In this document: in pieces, positions 47,592 to 56,463 of the stretch
Layout of the letters: every line of letters starts with the position of its first letter
Position numbering within the stretch: position 1 is the stretch's first letter
Source: Blastocatellia bacterium
GTDB lineage: Bacteria > Acidobacteriota > Blastocatellia > RBC074
Assembly (NCBI GenBank): GCA_046331565.1
Contig: JAXLQP010000001.1
Location: 2,158,347 to 2,222,346, forward strand
Direction of reading: 5' to 3'
DNA: 64,000 nt
Position numbers and translations under genes: made by a program
The notes under the pieces: generated by a model
What the model was told of the DNA's origin: nothing
Databases searched by the model: none
Seen by the model: the letters and a program-made list of their open reading frames with translations, nothing else

Positions 47592-49958
47592 ATGAGCATC
47601 ATCATCGGCCTTATTGCATTGATGTCAGCACCGACGATGACAGATGCCGCGCCGCTTGATCCGCGTGAGCGGGCGACAGCACAGACATTTCCAGCGCAAA
47701 GACACAAAGAGACAAAGAAGGTTTTATGCTCTCTTTGCGTTCTTTGTCCCTTTGCGCTGGAAATAAACCCGCTGACTGGTGCATTGAATGCTCGCCATGA
47801 CTTTGCGCTGTCATCCGCGCCGCAGCCTGTCGAACAGCAACAGCAGCAATCTCAGCAGCCGGGCCGTCGTGAACAGAAACCGCCGCGTCCTGGCGAGCAG
47901 CAGCCGTCGCAGCAGGAACAACCGCCCAATTCAAACTCGGCTCCGATTCGCCCGCGCAACGAGGCGCAGCAGAGCGCGCAGCCGCAGACCGGCCCGCAAC
48001 AGCAGCGACAGCAGACGCAGCCTGACACGACCGGCCCGCGCCCCGTCACTCCGCAATCGCCGACCACCACGCAACCCGCGCCTGGCAGCGCAGGCAGTCG
48101 CACAACTCAGCCCGGCACGAATCAGCAGCCTGGCGCGACGCCGCCAGCAGGCGCGCAACCAGGCGTGCCAGCCACGCCGGGTCAGGATGTGGGCATCACG
48201 CCGGGCATCGCTCCGGCACAGTTGCCGCCTCAGCCGCCGGTCGTTGCGCCCGATTACAAAGCGCCGCTGCGCCCGCTGCCTCCGGCTGAACGAGTCGGCG
48301 TTGACGTGCGCGAACACACGCCGCTGAGCCTGGAAGAGGCTGTGATGATGGCGCTCAATAACAACAAGGACATCAACATCTCGCGCATTGACACGCTGCT
48401 CGCCGGATATGATCTGAGCGCAGCGCGCGGCATTTACGATCCGAACATCACTTCTGAAAGTTATTATGAACATCGCGTGACGCCGGTCAGTTCAGTTATC
48501 GGCGGCGGCAGGAATGGTTCAGTCACGCAGAAAGATTTGACCGGCAGCGCAAGACTCGGCGGCTTTACGCCATTCGCCGGTGGCGCTTATCAGCTTGATT
48601 TTTCGTCCACGCGGCTGACCACCAACAATCAGTTCGTTTCGCTCAACCCGCAATTCCCTGCCGCGCTGACGGTGACTTACACACAACCGCTCTGGCGCGG
48701 GCTGCGGTTTGATGACAATCGCCGCCGCATCGAAGTTGCCAAAAAGAATCTGACGCTGACCGACGCTCAGTTCCGGCAGCGCGTGATTGAAATCATCACC
48801 CGCGTCGAGCAGGCTTACTGGGATCTGGTCTTTTCGCTCAGGAATCTTGACGTGCAGATCGAAGCCGTCAAACAGGCGCGGCGACAAAGCGAAAGCAATC
48901 GCCGGATGGTGCAGGAAGGATTGCTGGCGCCGATTGACATTGTGGCCGCTGACACTCAGGTAGCGACTTTCGAGCAGAATGTTTACACCGCGCAGGAATC
49001 AGTCACCCGCGCTGAAAACACGCTCAAGACGCTGCTGCTGGCTGATCGCACGTCGCCGCTCTGGTCGCAGGCCTTGTGGCCGACTACGCCGGTCACGCTG
49101 GAACCACCACGCCTTCAGCCTGGCGAAGCCGTTTCATCGGCGCTGGCGAGTCGGCCTGAATTGCAGCAGTTGCAGGCCTCAGCCGAAATCAACGAAATCA
49201 ATTCGCGTTATTACCGCGATCAGACCAGACCGCAGATTGATCTGGTCGGCACGTACACAAGTTCAGGGCTGGCCGGTTCGCCGGTTGACACCGGCCCTAA
49301 TCCTTTCACCCAGGGACTGGCCGGGCTGCAACAGCGCATCAACGACCTGTCGCGTCTGGCAGGGCTTGATCCGCTGCCGCCGCTGAGTTCAGGCGGAGGC
49401 ACAGTTTCCGACCTGCTCATTGGCGGCTATGGCCAGTCGCTCAGTAACCTGCTGCAACAGAACTATCCGACCACTCGTGTCGGGCTGCGCATCACGCTGC
49501 CGATTTTCAACCGCACGGCTGAAGCACAACTTGGCCGCTCACTGACTGAAGCAACGCGCATCATCAATCAGCGCGAACAGCTCGAAATACTGATCGAAGC
49601 TGAAGTCCGCAATACCATTCAGGCTGTGCGCTCAGCCGAAGCAAAGCTGGCCGCCGCCGCTTCGGCGCGCTCATCAGCCGAACAGCAGTTCGCCAGCGAA
49701 GAGCGACGTTTGCAGGCCGGGTTGTCCACGGTCTTTCTGGTGCTGCAACGTCAGACCGATCTGCTTGCCGCGCGTGGCCGCGAATTGCAGGCGCAGACTG
49801 ATCTGAATAAATCCATCGCTGAACTGCGCCGCGTTACGGGCGTCACGCTGCAATCACATCACATCACTTTGCAGGGTGAGAATCCCGGCAGGGCTACCGG
49901 AGAACGCATTTCAGCCGCACTGCTGCGCCAGCTTCAACTGACCAGCACACGCCGCTGA
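47592..49958 (+). CDS. TolC-like outer membrane factor with signal peptide and a long P/Q-rich linker. A MITE copy is embedded at 47667-47800.
   Basis: MSIIIGLIALMSAPTMTDA signal peptide. OMF repeats from about 48320 (LSLEEAVMMALNNNKDINISRIDTLLAGYDLSAARG..., second repeat ...AELRRVTGV). In frame with the RND gene. Confidence 0.6.
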   Translation: MSIIIGLIALMSAPTMTDAAPLDPRERATAQTFPAQRHKETKKVLCSLCVLCPFALEINPLTGALNARHDFALSSAPQPVEQQQQQSQQPGRREQKPPRPGEQQPSQQEQPPNSNSAPIRPRNEAQQSAQPQTGPQQQRQQTQPDTTGPRPVTPQSPTTTQPAPGSAGSRTTQPGTNQQPGATPPAGAQPGVPATPGQDVGITPGIAPAQLPPQPPVVAPDYKAPLRPLPPAERVGVDVREHTPLSLEEAVMMALNNNKDINISRIDTLLAGYDLSAARGIYDPNITSESYYEHRVTPVSSVIGGGRNGSVTQKDLTGSARLGGFTPFAGGAYQLDFSSTRLTTNNQFVSLNPQFPAALTVTYTQPLWRGLRFDDNRRRIEVAKKNLTLTDAQFRQRVIEIITRVEQAYWDLVFSLRNLDVQIEAVKQARRQSESNRRMVQEGLLAPIDIVAADTQVATFEQNVYTAQESVTRAENTLKTLLLADRTSPLWSQALWPTTPVTLEPPRLQPGEAVSSALASRPELQQLQASAEINEINSRYYRDQTRPQIDLVGTYTSSGLAGSPVDTGPNPFTQGLAGLQQRINDLSRLAGLDPLPPLSSGGGTVSDLLIGGYGQSLSNLLQQNYPTTRVGLRITLPIFNRTAEAQLGRSLTEATRIINQREQLEILIEAEVRNTIQAVRSAEAKLAAAASARSSAEQQFASEERRLQAGLSTVFLVLQRQTDLLAARGRELQAQTDLNKSIAELRRVTGVTLQSHHITLQGENPGRATGERISAALLRQLQLTSTRR
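47667..47800. repeat. MITE family C, copy 2, inside the OMF coding region.
   Basis: Near-identical to 26859-26992. Translated in-frame as RERATAQTFPAQRHKETKKVLCSLCVLCPFALEINPLTGALNARHD. Confidence 0.65.
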
Positions 49959-49976
49959 ATCCCGGAAACGAAAAAG

Positions 49977-50160
49977 AGAGATGACGGAACAGACGGAAAT
50001 AACGGAATAAACTGAAAGCTTCAGAGCAGATTTATGTCTTCTTTCGTGTGTTCCGTTATTTCCGTCTGTTCCGTCATCTCTCTTCTTTCTCTTCTTCCTT
50101 ACTCTTCGTTCTCTTCTTCCTTATCTGTTTCCTCTTCCTCGTTCCGGGTCACATCTGACG
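49977..50160. repeat. Family D hairpin, copy 1 (perfect 32-bp arms of 9-bp TTCCGTnnn units), followed by a CT-rich run.
   Basis: gagagatgacggaacagacggaaataacggaa ... ttccgttatttccgtctgttccgtcatctctc, then cttctttctcttcttcctt... Confidence 0.65.
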
Positions 50161-50326
50161 GCGCTGCCGGTTGCGCGCCGGGGATCAGATTTTCAGGAGC
50201 CTTGCCTGCTCCGGCTCTGGCCTGCGTGTACTTTTGTTTTTCCAGTTCCTGCGTTCCCGGATCGCCCTGCCGCAGGCGGCCAGCGGTTTTGTAATGGTCG
50301 GGATTGACGTTGTTTTTGCTGCTCAT
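50099..50326 (-). CDS. Small protein (76 aa) with an acidic tail encoded by the CT-rich run.
   Basis: ATG 50326 with GGAG 7 nt upstream. C-terminal NEEEETDKEEENEE derives from the polypyrimidine repeat. Confidence 0.35.
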   Translation of the reverse strand: MSSKNNVNPDHYKTAGRLRQGDPGTQELEKQKYTQARAGAGKAPENLIPGAQPAAPSDVTRNEEEETDKEEENEE

Positions 50327-50358
50327 AATCAATGCTCCATCAGAGATGAATCTTTATT

Positions 50359-51489
50359 TCAGGCGGTGGCGCTTTGCAGGCTGAACCGCAGTTTCGCGCT
50401 GACGCCGCCATAAGGTTCCAGCAGGCTGTTGTCTTCGATGAATGTAATGCGCGCATCGGTGCAGTGAGCGCGGCGAATCAGTTCATCAGCAATCATCACC
50501 CTGCGATCAGCGTCCGTCTGACTGAGCGCCGTCTCAACAAATGGCATATCGTCCTGCACCAGATCGTCCGTCACGCTTTGCGGTGCAGCGGTCAGAAAGA
50601 GTTCTTCGACCTGACCGCGAATCAGCGCCTGCAACGTCTCGTGCGCGCCTGAGACTGACAAGCCTTTGCCCAGATCCTTGTCAAAAAGTTTTTCGATGCG
50701 GCCCGCGTCATCTCTGGCATTTTGCGCGCGCACGGCTTCAAGGCCCGCTTTCATCACTTCCTGCTCAGGCGTGCTGATGTCGAGCCGGAGGACATCAATG
50801 ACTGAATCCTCAAGCTGCTTCGGCAACTGTTCGCGCAGCAGCGGAATGATGACTTCATCACCGGCCAGCACAATCCAGCGAATGTCCTCGCGGCTCATCA
50901 GGACGGTCAGTTCATCAATGACTTCTTTGGCGTGCTGGTGATGAAAGTTGTCAACGTGACGCTGGTAGCGCGCCTGCGACCAGCCGCCGACCTGAGAACG
51001 GTTTATATTGACGCCGGTCACGTCCTGCTGCTCGATCTTTTCGCCCAGCCCGAACACATACAGATGCGCTGTATTGGTGTCGGCCACCAGCACGGCAAAC
51101 GACGGGTACTGATCGTTGACCAGTTCAAGCGGGAACAGATAAGGCTGGCGTCCGGTAAAAAGCTGACTCTCACCAATCGGCACATCAAGCTGCACAGCTT
51201 CAAAGAAATCATTCGCACCGGCACAGGCAAAGACTGCTGCGCCATTTGCTGAAGCGCGCAATTCATCGCGCAGCCACGCATTGATGCGCTCGCAGTCGCG
51301 GTCAAAGCTTTCGCGCTCAGGTGACCTCAGTTCAAACTCATCAGCGCGCGCCTTGAACTCCTTGCGCAGATAAGCCTCAAAGTGATCGCGCCCGGTGTTA
51401 TCAGGCTGCGTGTTGAGATAAAGGCTGATGAATGGCGAATCAGCGGGTTCAATTGCGGCCAGCCTGTCCAGTAATTTATTCAGCGGCAT
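50359..51489 (-). CDS. baeRF10-like (eRF1/Dom34-fold release-factor-like) protein.
   Basis: N-terminal LDRLAAIEPADSPFISLYLNTQPD pattern typical of bacterial/archaeal eRF1-like families. Family assignment from memory. Confidence 0.45.
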   Translation of the reverse strand: MPLNKLLDRLAAIEPADSPFISLYLNTQPDNTGRDHFEAYLRKEFKARADEFELRSPERESFDRDCERINAWLRDELRASANGAAVFACAGANDFFEAVQLDVPIGESQLFTGRQPYLFPLELVNDQYPSFAVLVADTNTAHLYVFGLGEKIEQQDVTGVNINRSQVGGWSQARYQRHVDNFHHQHAKEVIDELTVLMSREDIRWIVLAGDEVIIPLLREQLPKQLEDSVIDVLRLDISTPEQEVMKAGLEAVRAQNARDDAGRIEKLFDKDLGKGLSVSGAHETLQALIRGQVEELFLTAAPQSVTDDLVQDDMPFVETALSQTDADRRVMIADELIRRAHCTDARITFIEDNSLLEPYGGVSAKLRFSLQSATA

Positions 51490-51828
51490 GATTAGTGATC
51501 ACTCCTTTCACAGCGGTTCGATAACAGTTCACTGTGATGAATCAATGTGCAACTGTCGCGCCACGAACGCCTGAGGCAGATCACTTTAACCGGGATCAGC
51601 AGGGACTGGTTTTCGCCCCGGAGGGGCTGGTGAAAATAGCGCGGCAATTCATTGCCGGGAACAATGGAAAACAGGCGCGAGTCCCGTCAGGGACGGTTGA
51701 TGAATGCTGCTTCAGCCGTCCCTGACGGGACTCGCGCTTTATCCGGGATTCTTTTCCCGGCAATGAATTGCCGCGCTATTTTCGATTGTCCCTGCCGGGA
51801 CAGCAGAAGTGTTCTGAGTTCGACGGCC

Positions 51829-53100
51829 TCAGTTCTCACCTGTCAGCAGCGGGCCGACGCTTTCTTCAGGATGGTGAATGTAAGTCTGAATCTGTTCGAC
51901 CAGCGGCGTGGCTTTCCACCGTCGCCCACCGGCCTGATCGTTGATTTTGTAAAGGCCCAGATCAATGTAATAACGCTCGACCGGACGACGGCCCAGCCGA
52001 TAACGCCAGTCCACCATCGTAAAGAGCGGAAACCACGTATAGCCCAGCACCGGAATGCCCGAGGCGCGCAACTGCCGGATCATCGCCACTGACGCGCGCA
52101 TCCAGCGTGAACGCACTTCATCGTGGCCGAGGGCGCTGGTTTCGGTAATGATGATGGGCGTTTTGTAACGATGATAATAATCCTCGATCAGCGCGGCGAA
52201 ACCGTCGCCGTCGTGTTCGATGGAGCGATAAGAGATGCGGCCCTTGTGGTCAACGTAAATCTGTTTGGTTGACCATTGCGGATAGAAATTCATCCCCAGC
52301 ACTTCAATCGGAATGCGCCGTTGCACAATGTCGGCCAGTTCATCGGGCGAGGCCCCGTTGCGCAGCAGCCAGCCGAACAGCGGATGATCGTGCGTGACCA
52401 TCCCGGCAATCAGGTCAAAGAAAAGATAACCGCGCCGCTGATCTTCGAGTGCCAGCACTTCCAGTTCCTGCCGAATCGCGCGGCTCAGACCCGTCGCTTC
52501 GACCTGCACCATCACCGCATTCGGATCAACTGTTTTCAGCGCCTCAACCGTGTTGATGACGCCTCTGACAATTTGCAGCATGATCCGAATGTAACCCGCA
52601 TCGCCGCGCAGATAGGGCGGCCAGAGGCCGCGCCTGCCGCACATCAGCGCATTGACGAGCGGTTCATTAAGCGGCGTGTACCATCTCACCAGACTGCCGT
52701 AACGGCGCGCAAAGGCGGCGGCGTATTCGGCCACTGCGACCGGGTATTCATCGCTCGCAAATTCGCGCCGCAGCCAGAATGGGCAGCCGTAATGCATCAG
52801 GTCAATGATCGGCACAATGCCGAGTTCTTCGACAATGTGCGGGATGACCTCATCAGTCCAGCGCCAGTCAAAATTGCCCGGTGTGGGTTCGACGCGATAC
52901 CAGGGCACACCCCAGCGCGCCGCTTTGACGCCGACTTCGGAGAGCAGCGCCAGGTCTTCGCGCCAGTGTTCGTAATGGCCCATCAGTTCGTATTCATCAA
53001 GCGCACGATGACCGAGCCTCGTCTGCGGCACAAACGTATCCTCAATGCCGCTGGCCCAGATGAAATCCTTTGCGTGCTGGCTCAAGACCAGTTGATTCAT
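51829..53100 (-). CDS. GH1-like glycoside hydrolase (short, about 420 aa form).
   Basis: TIM-barrel GH1-like motifs YTPLNEP (acid/base) and IIITETS (nucleophile region). Paralog of 61460..62617. Start taken at MNQLVLSQ. Confidence 0.5.
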   Translation of the reverse strand: MNQLVLSQHAKDFIWASGIEDTFVPQTRLGHRALDEYELMGHYEHWREDLALLSEVGVKAARWGVPWYRVEPTPGNFDWRWTDEVIPHIVEELGIVPIIDLMHYGCPFWLRREFASDEYPVAVAEYAAAFARRYGSLVRWYTPLNEPLVNALMCGRRGLWPPYLRGDAGYIRIMLQIVRGVINTVEALKTVDPNAVMVQVEATGLSRAIRQELEVLALEDQRRGYLFFDLIAGMVTHDHPLFGWLLRNGASPDELADIVQRRIPIEVLGMNFYPQWSTKQIYVDHKGRISYRSIEHDGDGFAALIEDYYHRYKTPIIITETSALGHDEVRSRWMRASVAMIRQLRASGIPVLGYTWFPLFTMVDWRYRLGRRPVERYYIDLGLYKINDQAGGRRWKATPLVEQIQTYIHHPEESVGPLLTGEN

Positions 53101-53131
53101 AGTGGCGTGGAGGTTTTGAAGGAAATGTTCG

Positions 53132-55138
53132 TCAGTCCAGCGCAGTGACGCGCACCTGATCGAAGACCGCGACCACCCGGTAACCGTACAATCCCAGTAA
53201 TCCGGCCTCGCCCTGCACTTCGATTTCACCGAGCGGCTGCGCTTCGTGCTGCATCAGCAGCCGGTTGCCGACGCGGCGAAAGCGGAACTGCTGAAATTCA
53301 AACGGCTCGAAATTCGGCGGCAGCGGAAAGATTTGTCTGTCAGTCGCCGTGTCGTAACAGAGCGACCAGCGTTTGTCCTGACACTCAACCGTCAGCAGCG
53401 GGCTGTTGCCGGTGGTATTGAGCGCGGGCAGAAAGCCGTAACATTCACCCGGCTTCGGCTCGCCAATCAGCTTTGCATTGATGACGACTTCGTAATTTTC
53501 AGGCAGCGGCCCTTTGGTCAGAATCGAACTTTCACCGTGCGGCCCGATGTACCAGAGCTGCTGCTCACTGATCTGCCAGCGGTCGTCATCGGCAGTCGTC
53601 ACCCAGTTGAACGCAGCCGGATCAGTGCGCGAGCCGGTGAATAAATCTTCCCAGCCTCTGGTCAATGCAAACCCGGCAAACTCAGCCCGCGCATCGCGTG
53701 TCATCAATGCTGCCGCCGATGGCGTCACGCTCAGTTCACCTGTCCACTGCAACGCCGTGCCGTCAACCGAAAGCGTAACCAGGCGTCCGTTGACTTCGAG
53801 GCGCAGCAGATGAAAGGCTGAATAATCGAAATGCGGCAGCGGCAGCGCCTGTTGCGACAACTGTTCGTCCACCTCGAAAGTCACGACCGCCTCACCTGTG
53901 TTCGGATGCAGCAGAAAGATCAGCGCCGTTTCCTCGTCGCTGACCAGTTTGATTCCCGCGCCGCCCCCGGCTGGCGGCAACTCAGTCAGGCGCAGGCTGA
54001 CTTCGGCCAGGAAATACGGAGTGTCGGCTGAAGACAACGCTTCGGCTTCGCCTGCGGGAACATTCTGGCTCGCAATCCCGCTGGTCGCGCTCCAGTGACC
54101 GCCGGTACAGAACCAGTGTTCACCCAGGCCGTGTGCATAATCAGTCTCGAAATAATCGGCGAACGAGGGCGTAACGGGTGCGGGCTGCGGCGTATAGCTC
54201 GGCCCCTGCACAAACATTCGTTCACCGGCAAAATCGAGCGGATCAACGCACAGCACGCGGTCATTCACATCGGCTGACCAGCGATGATAGATGCAATACA
54301 ACTGCCGGTTGTCAGGCCCGCGCACGACTGAGTTGTGACCTGGCCCGATCACTTCGCCGGGAATCGTGCGCAGGATCGGCAGAATGCGCTCACCATCGGC
54401 GGCCTGTGTCCATTCATCCGGCACTTCAAGATTCGGCGTCGTGGCGAAGCTGACCCCGTAAGTTTCATTCTGCCAGTTGCCCGCGCTGAACATTTCGTAA
54501 TAACGGCCTTTGCGTTTCAGCACAAACGGCCCTTCGACCGTGTGCCAGCGCGCGCCGCCCTTTGACTGCCGCTGCGGGTCATAAATCTGCCAGTCAAATC
54601 GCGCTCTGGTAATCGGGCGCGGATTGCCTTCAAGCGTGAAGGGATCAATCATCCGGTCGCAGACGGTACCGGTGCCGATGTGTGAATGGGTCAGAAAATC
54701 GGTGGCGTAAAAGAGCCAGCGGGTGCCGTCGTCATCGGCAAAAACGTGTGCGTCAATGGCGAATTCCTCAGTCGTCAGCCGCACTCCGCAATCGGTGAAC
54801 GGGCCAGCCGGGTGGTCGGCGCGAGCCACGCGGATTTGCATGTGTTCCTCGTCGCCGACGCTGTAATACATCAGAAAGGCGCCCTGTTCGCACCAGACTT
54901 CAGGCGCCCACCAGCACGGATCCAGTCTGCCGCCGGGATCAAGCGCCCCGCCGATTTCACGCCAGTGAATCAGATCGCGGGAATGCAGCACTCCGAAACA
55001 ACGCCCGTCAGGCTGAATCCCGGTCGAGTAACACCAGTATTCGTTCAGGTGCTTCAGCACAAACGGGTCAGGACAGGGACGCGGACAGACCGGATTCAGA
55101 TAAGTCATCCGGTCGGTTGCTTGTTCGACGGCATTCAT
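53132..55138 (-). CDS. GH43-family glycoside hydrolase with a roughly 330-aa C-terminal extension.
   Basis: PDPFVL (catalytic base Asp), AIDAHVF (modulator Asp), EGPFVL (catalytic acid Glu). Confidence 0.55.
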   Translation of the reverse strand: MNAVEQATDRMTYLNPVCPRPCPDPFVLKHLNEYWCYSTGIQPDGRCFGVLHSRDLIHWREIGGALDPGGRLDPCWWAPEVWCEQGAFLMYYSVGDEEHMQIRVARADHPAGPFTDCGVRLTTEEFAIDAHVFADDDGTRWLFYATDFLTHSHIGTGTVCDRMIDPFTLEGNPRPITRARFDWQIYDPQRQSKGGARWHTVEGPFVLKRKGRYYEMFSAGNWQNETYGVSFATTPNLEVPDEWTQAADGERILPILRTIPGEVIGPGHNSVVRGPDNRQLYCIYHRWSADVNDRVLCVDPLDFAGERMFVQGPSYTPQPAPVTPSFADYFETDYAHGLGEHWFCTGGHWSATSGIASQNVPAGEAEALSSADTPYFLAEVSLRLTELPPAGGGAGIKLVSDEETALIFLLHPNTGEAVVTFEVDEQLSQQALPLPHFDYSAFHLLRLEVNGRLVTLSVDGTALQWTGELSVTPSAAALMTRDARAEFAGFALTRGWEDLFTGSRTDPAAFNWVTTADDDRWQISEQQLWYIGPHGESSILTKGPLPENYEVVINAKLIGEPKPGECYGFLPALNTTGNSPLLTVECQDKRWSLCYDTATDRQIFPLPPNFEPFEFQQFRFRRVGNRLLMQHEAQPLGEIEVQGEAGLLGLYGYRVVAVFDQVRVTALD

Positions 55139-55253
55139 CGTGCTGGCCTGCTCCTGCCTGCGGGAACGCGGTCTGCCTGCCCGATTTTCTGGAAAGCATG
55201 ATGACAATCAGGCGGGCGCGACAACCGCGCTCCCGAATATTTTCGGCTGATTT

Positions 55254-55454
55254 TTATTCGGGCATGGGCTGAGCGAACAGCGCCGCAAATCTTTCCCGTG
55301 CATTCGGGGTTTCGCTCCGGCGTTTCTCTCTGGCCCAGCGGACAACCGACTCCACCGTAGTCTGAATGACTGATGCCTGTGCCGCCTCGCGGCGTTCCTG
55401 CTGTTGTTGTTGTTCAGTAATTTCGTTTCGTTTGATCAGTCTCGCTTTGCTCAT
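55254..55454 (-). CDS. Small hypothetical protein (66 aa).
   Basis: GGAGG 9 nt upstream of ATG. Confidence 0.4.
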   Translation of the reverse strand: MSKARLIKRNEITEQQQQQERREAAQASVIQTTVESVVRWAREKRRSETPNARERFAALFAQPMPE

Positions 55455-55786
55455 GGTGATTTCCTCCGGCCAAACGTGCTTGTCAGCCTGAAGTCAGGGC
55501 AACTGCCGTACCAGCCTGTTTACCCCATTCAATCGGGCCATTTGCGGCCCGGTCTGAGTTTCAGCCGCCGGATTCGCACGAAGGAAATACGCCGCAGTGT
55601 CCGTCCCTCGAACGCACGCCAGCACCGGCAGCGTCATGATTTCGTCGCCTGACTGGCATTCGGTTTGCTCCATCAACAGGTGAACAATTGTGTGATTCTG
55701 CAAACTGAAAATGACAGGCTGAGGAAAGGCAGCCGGGACCTTCGGCGGACTGGTCGAGAATACGCCGGGTCTGAAACACAAGAATT

Positions 55787-56317
55787 ATGGAAAGCAAAGC
55801 CAAATTACTGGGGCATCCCATTCATCCCATGCTGATCGTTTTCCCGCTCGGATTACTGACGATGGCGGTCATCTTTGACCTGATCCATCTGAGTACGACG
55901 AATGGTTACTGGGCAGGCATCTCATTTTATCTGATCGCTGCCGGTGTGATCGGCGGTCTGCTGGCGGCGCTCTTTGGCCTGATTGACTGGGTCGCCATTC
56001 CGCGAGGCACGCGAGCCAAAAACATCGGGCTGGTTCACGGACTGGGCAATGTGGCGGTCATCGTGCTTTTCATTGTCAGTTGGCTGATGCGGCGCAACCT
56101 GCCTGAAAGCCCGTCGCTGGTGGCGATTCTGCTCGGCCTGATCGGGCTGGGCCTGTCGCTGATAACAAGCTGGCTGGGCGGTGAACTGGTTGACCGGATG
56201 GGCGTCGGCGTTGACAACGGCGCGCACCTGAACGCTCCCAATTCACTCTCAGGCCGACCGGCGAGCGATGACATTTCGCGCGTCAGATCAATGCCGACCA
56301 CGCACCGGACGGCTTAA
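55787..56317 (+). CDS. DUF2231-like membrane protein.
   Basis: 4 TM helices; HPIHPMLIVFP motif. Confidence 0.5.
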   Translation: MESKAKLLGHPIHPMLIVFPLGLLTMAVIFDLIHLSTTNGYWAGISFYLIAAGVIGGLLAALFGLIDWVAIPRGTRAKNIGLVHGLGNVAVIVLFIVSWLMRRNLPESPSLVAILLGLIGLGLSLITSWLGGELVDRMGVGVDNGAHLNAPNSLSGRPASDDISRVRSMPTTHRTA

Positions 56318-56330
56318 CCAGAAAGCAGAA

Positions 56331-56432
56331 GAGAGATGACGGAACACACGGAAAGAATGGAACAGACGAAAATAAACTCAGGCAGGGTGATCTGTTCCGT
56401 TATTTCCGTTCTTTCCGTGTATTCCGTCATCT
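56331..56432. repeat. Family D hairpin, copy 2 (4 x TTCCGTnnn units per arm).
   Basis: gagagatgacggaacacacggaaagaatggaacagacg ... ctgttccgttatttccgttctttccgtgtattccgtcatctc. Confidence 0.65.
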
Positions 56433-56463
56433 CGCTGTCTCTCACTGAGCGAATGAAAACAAA

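Noticed and set aside
47788-48473. Arg/Ser- and Cys-rich ORFs on both strands inside the OMF linker region (47788..48327+, 47852..48103-, 47931..48473-).
   Set aside because: They are alternate-frame artefacts of the GC-rich Q/P-linker coding sequence.
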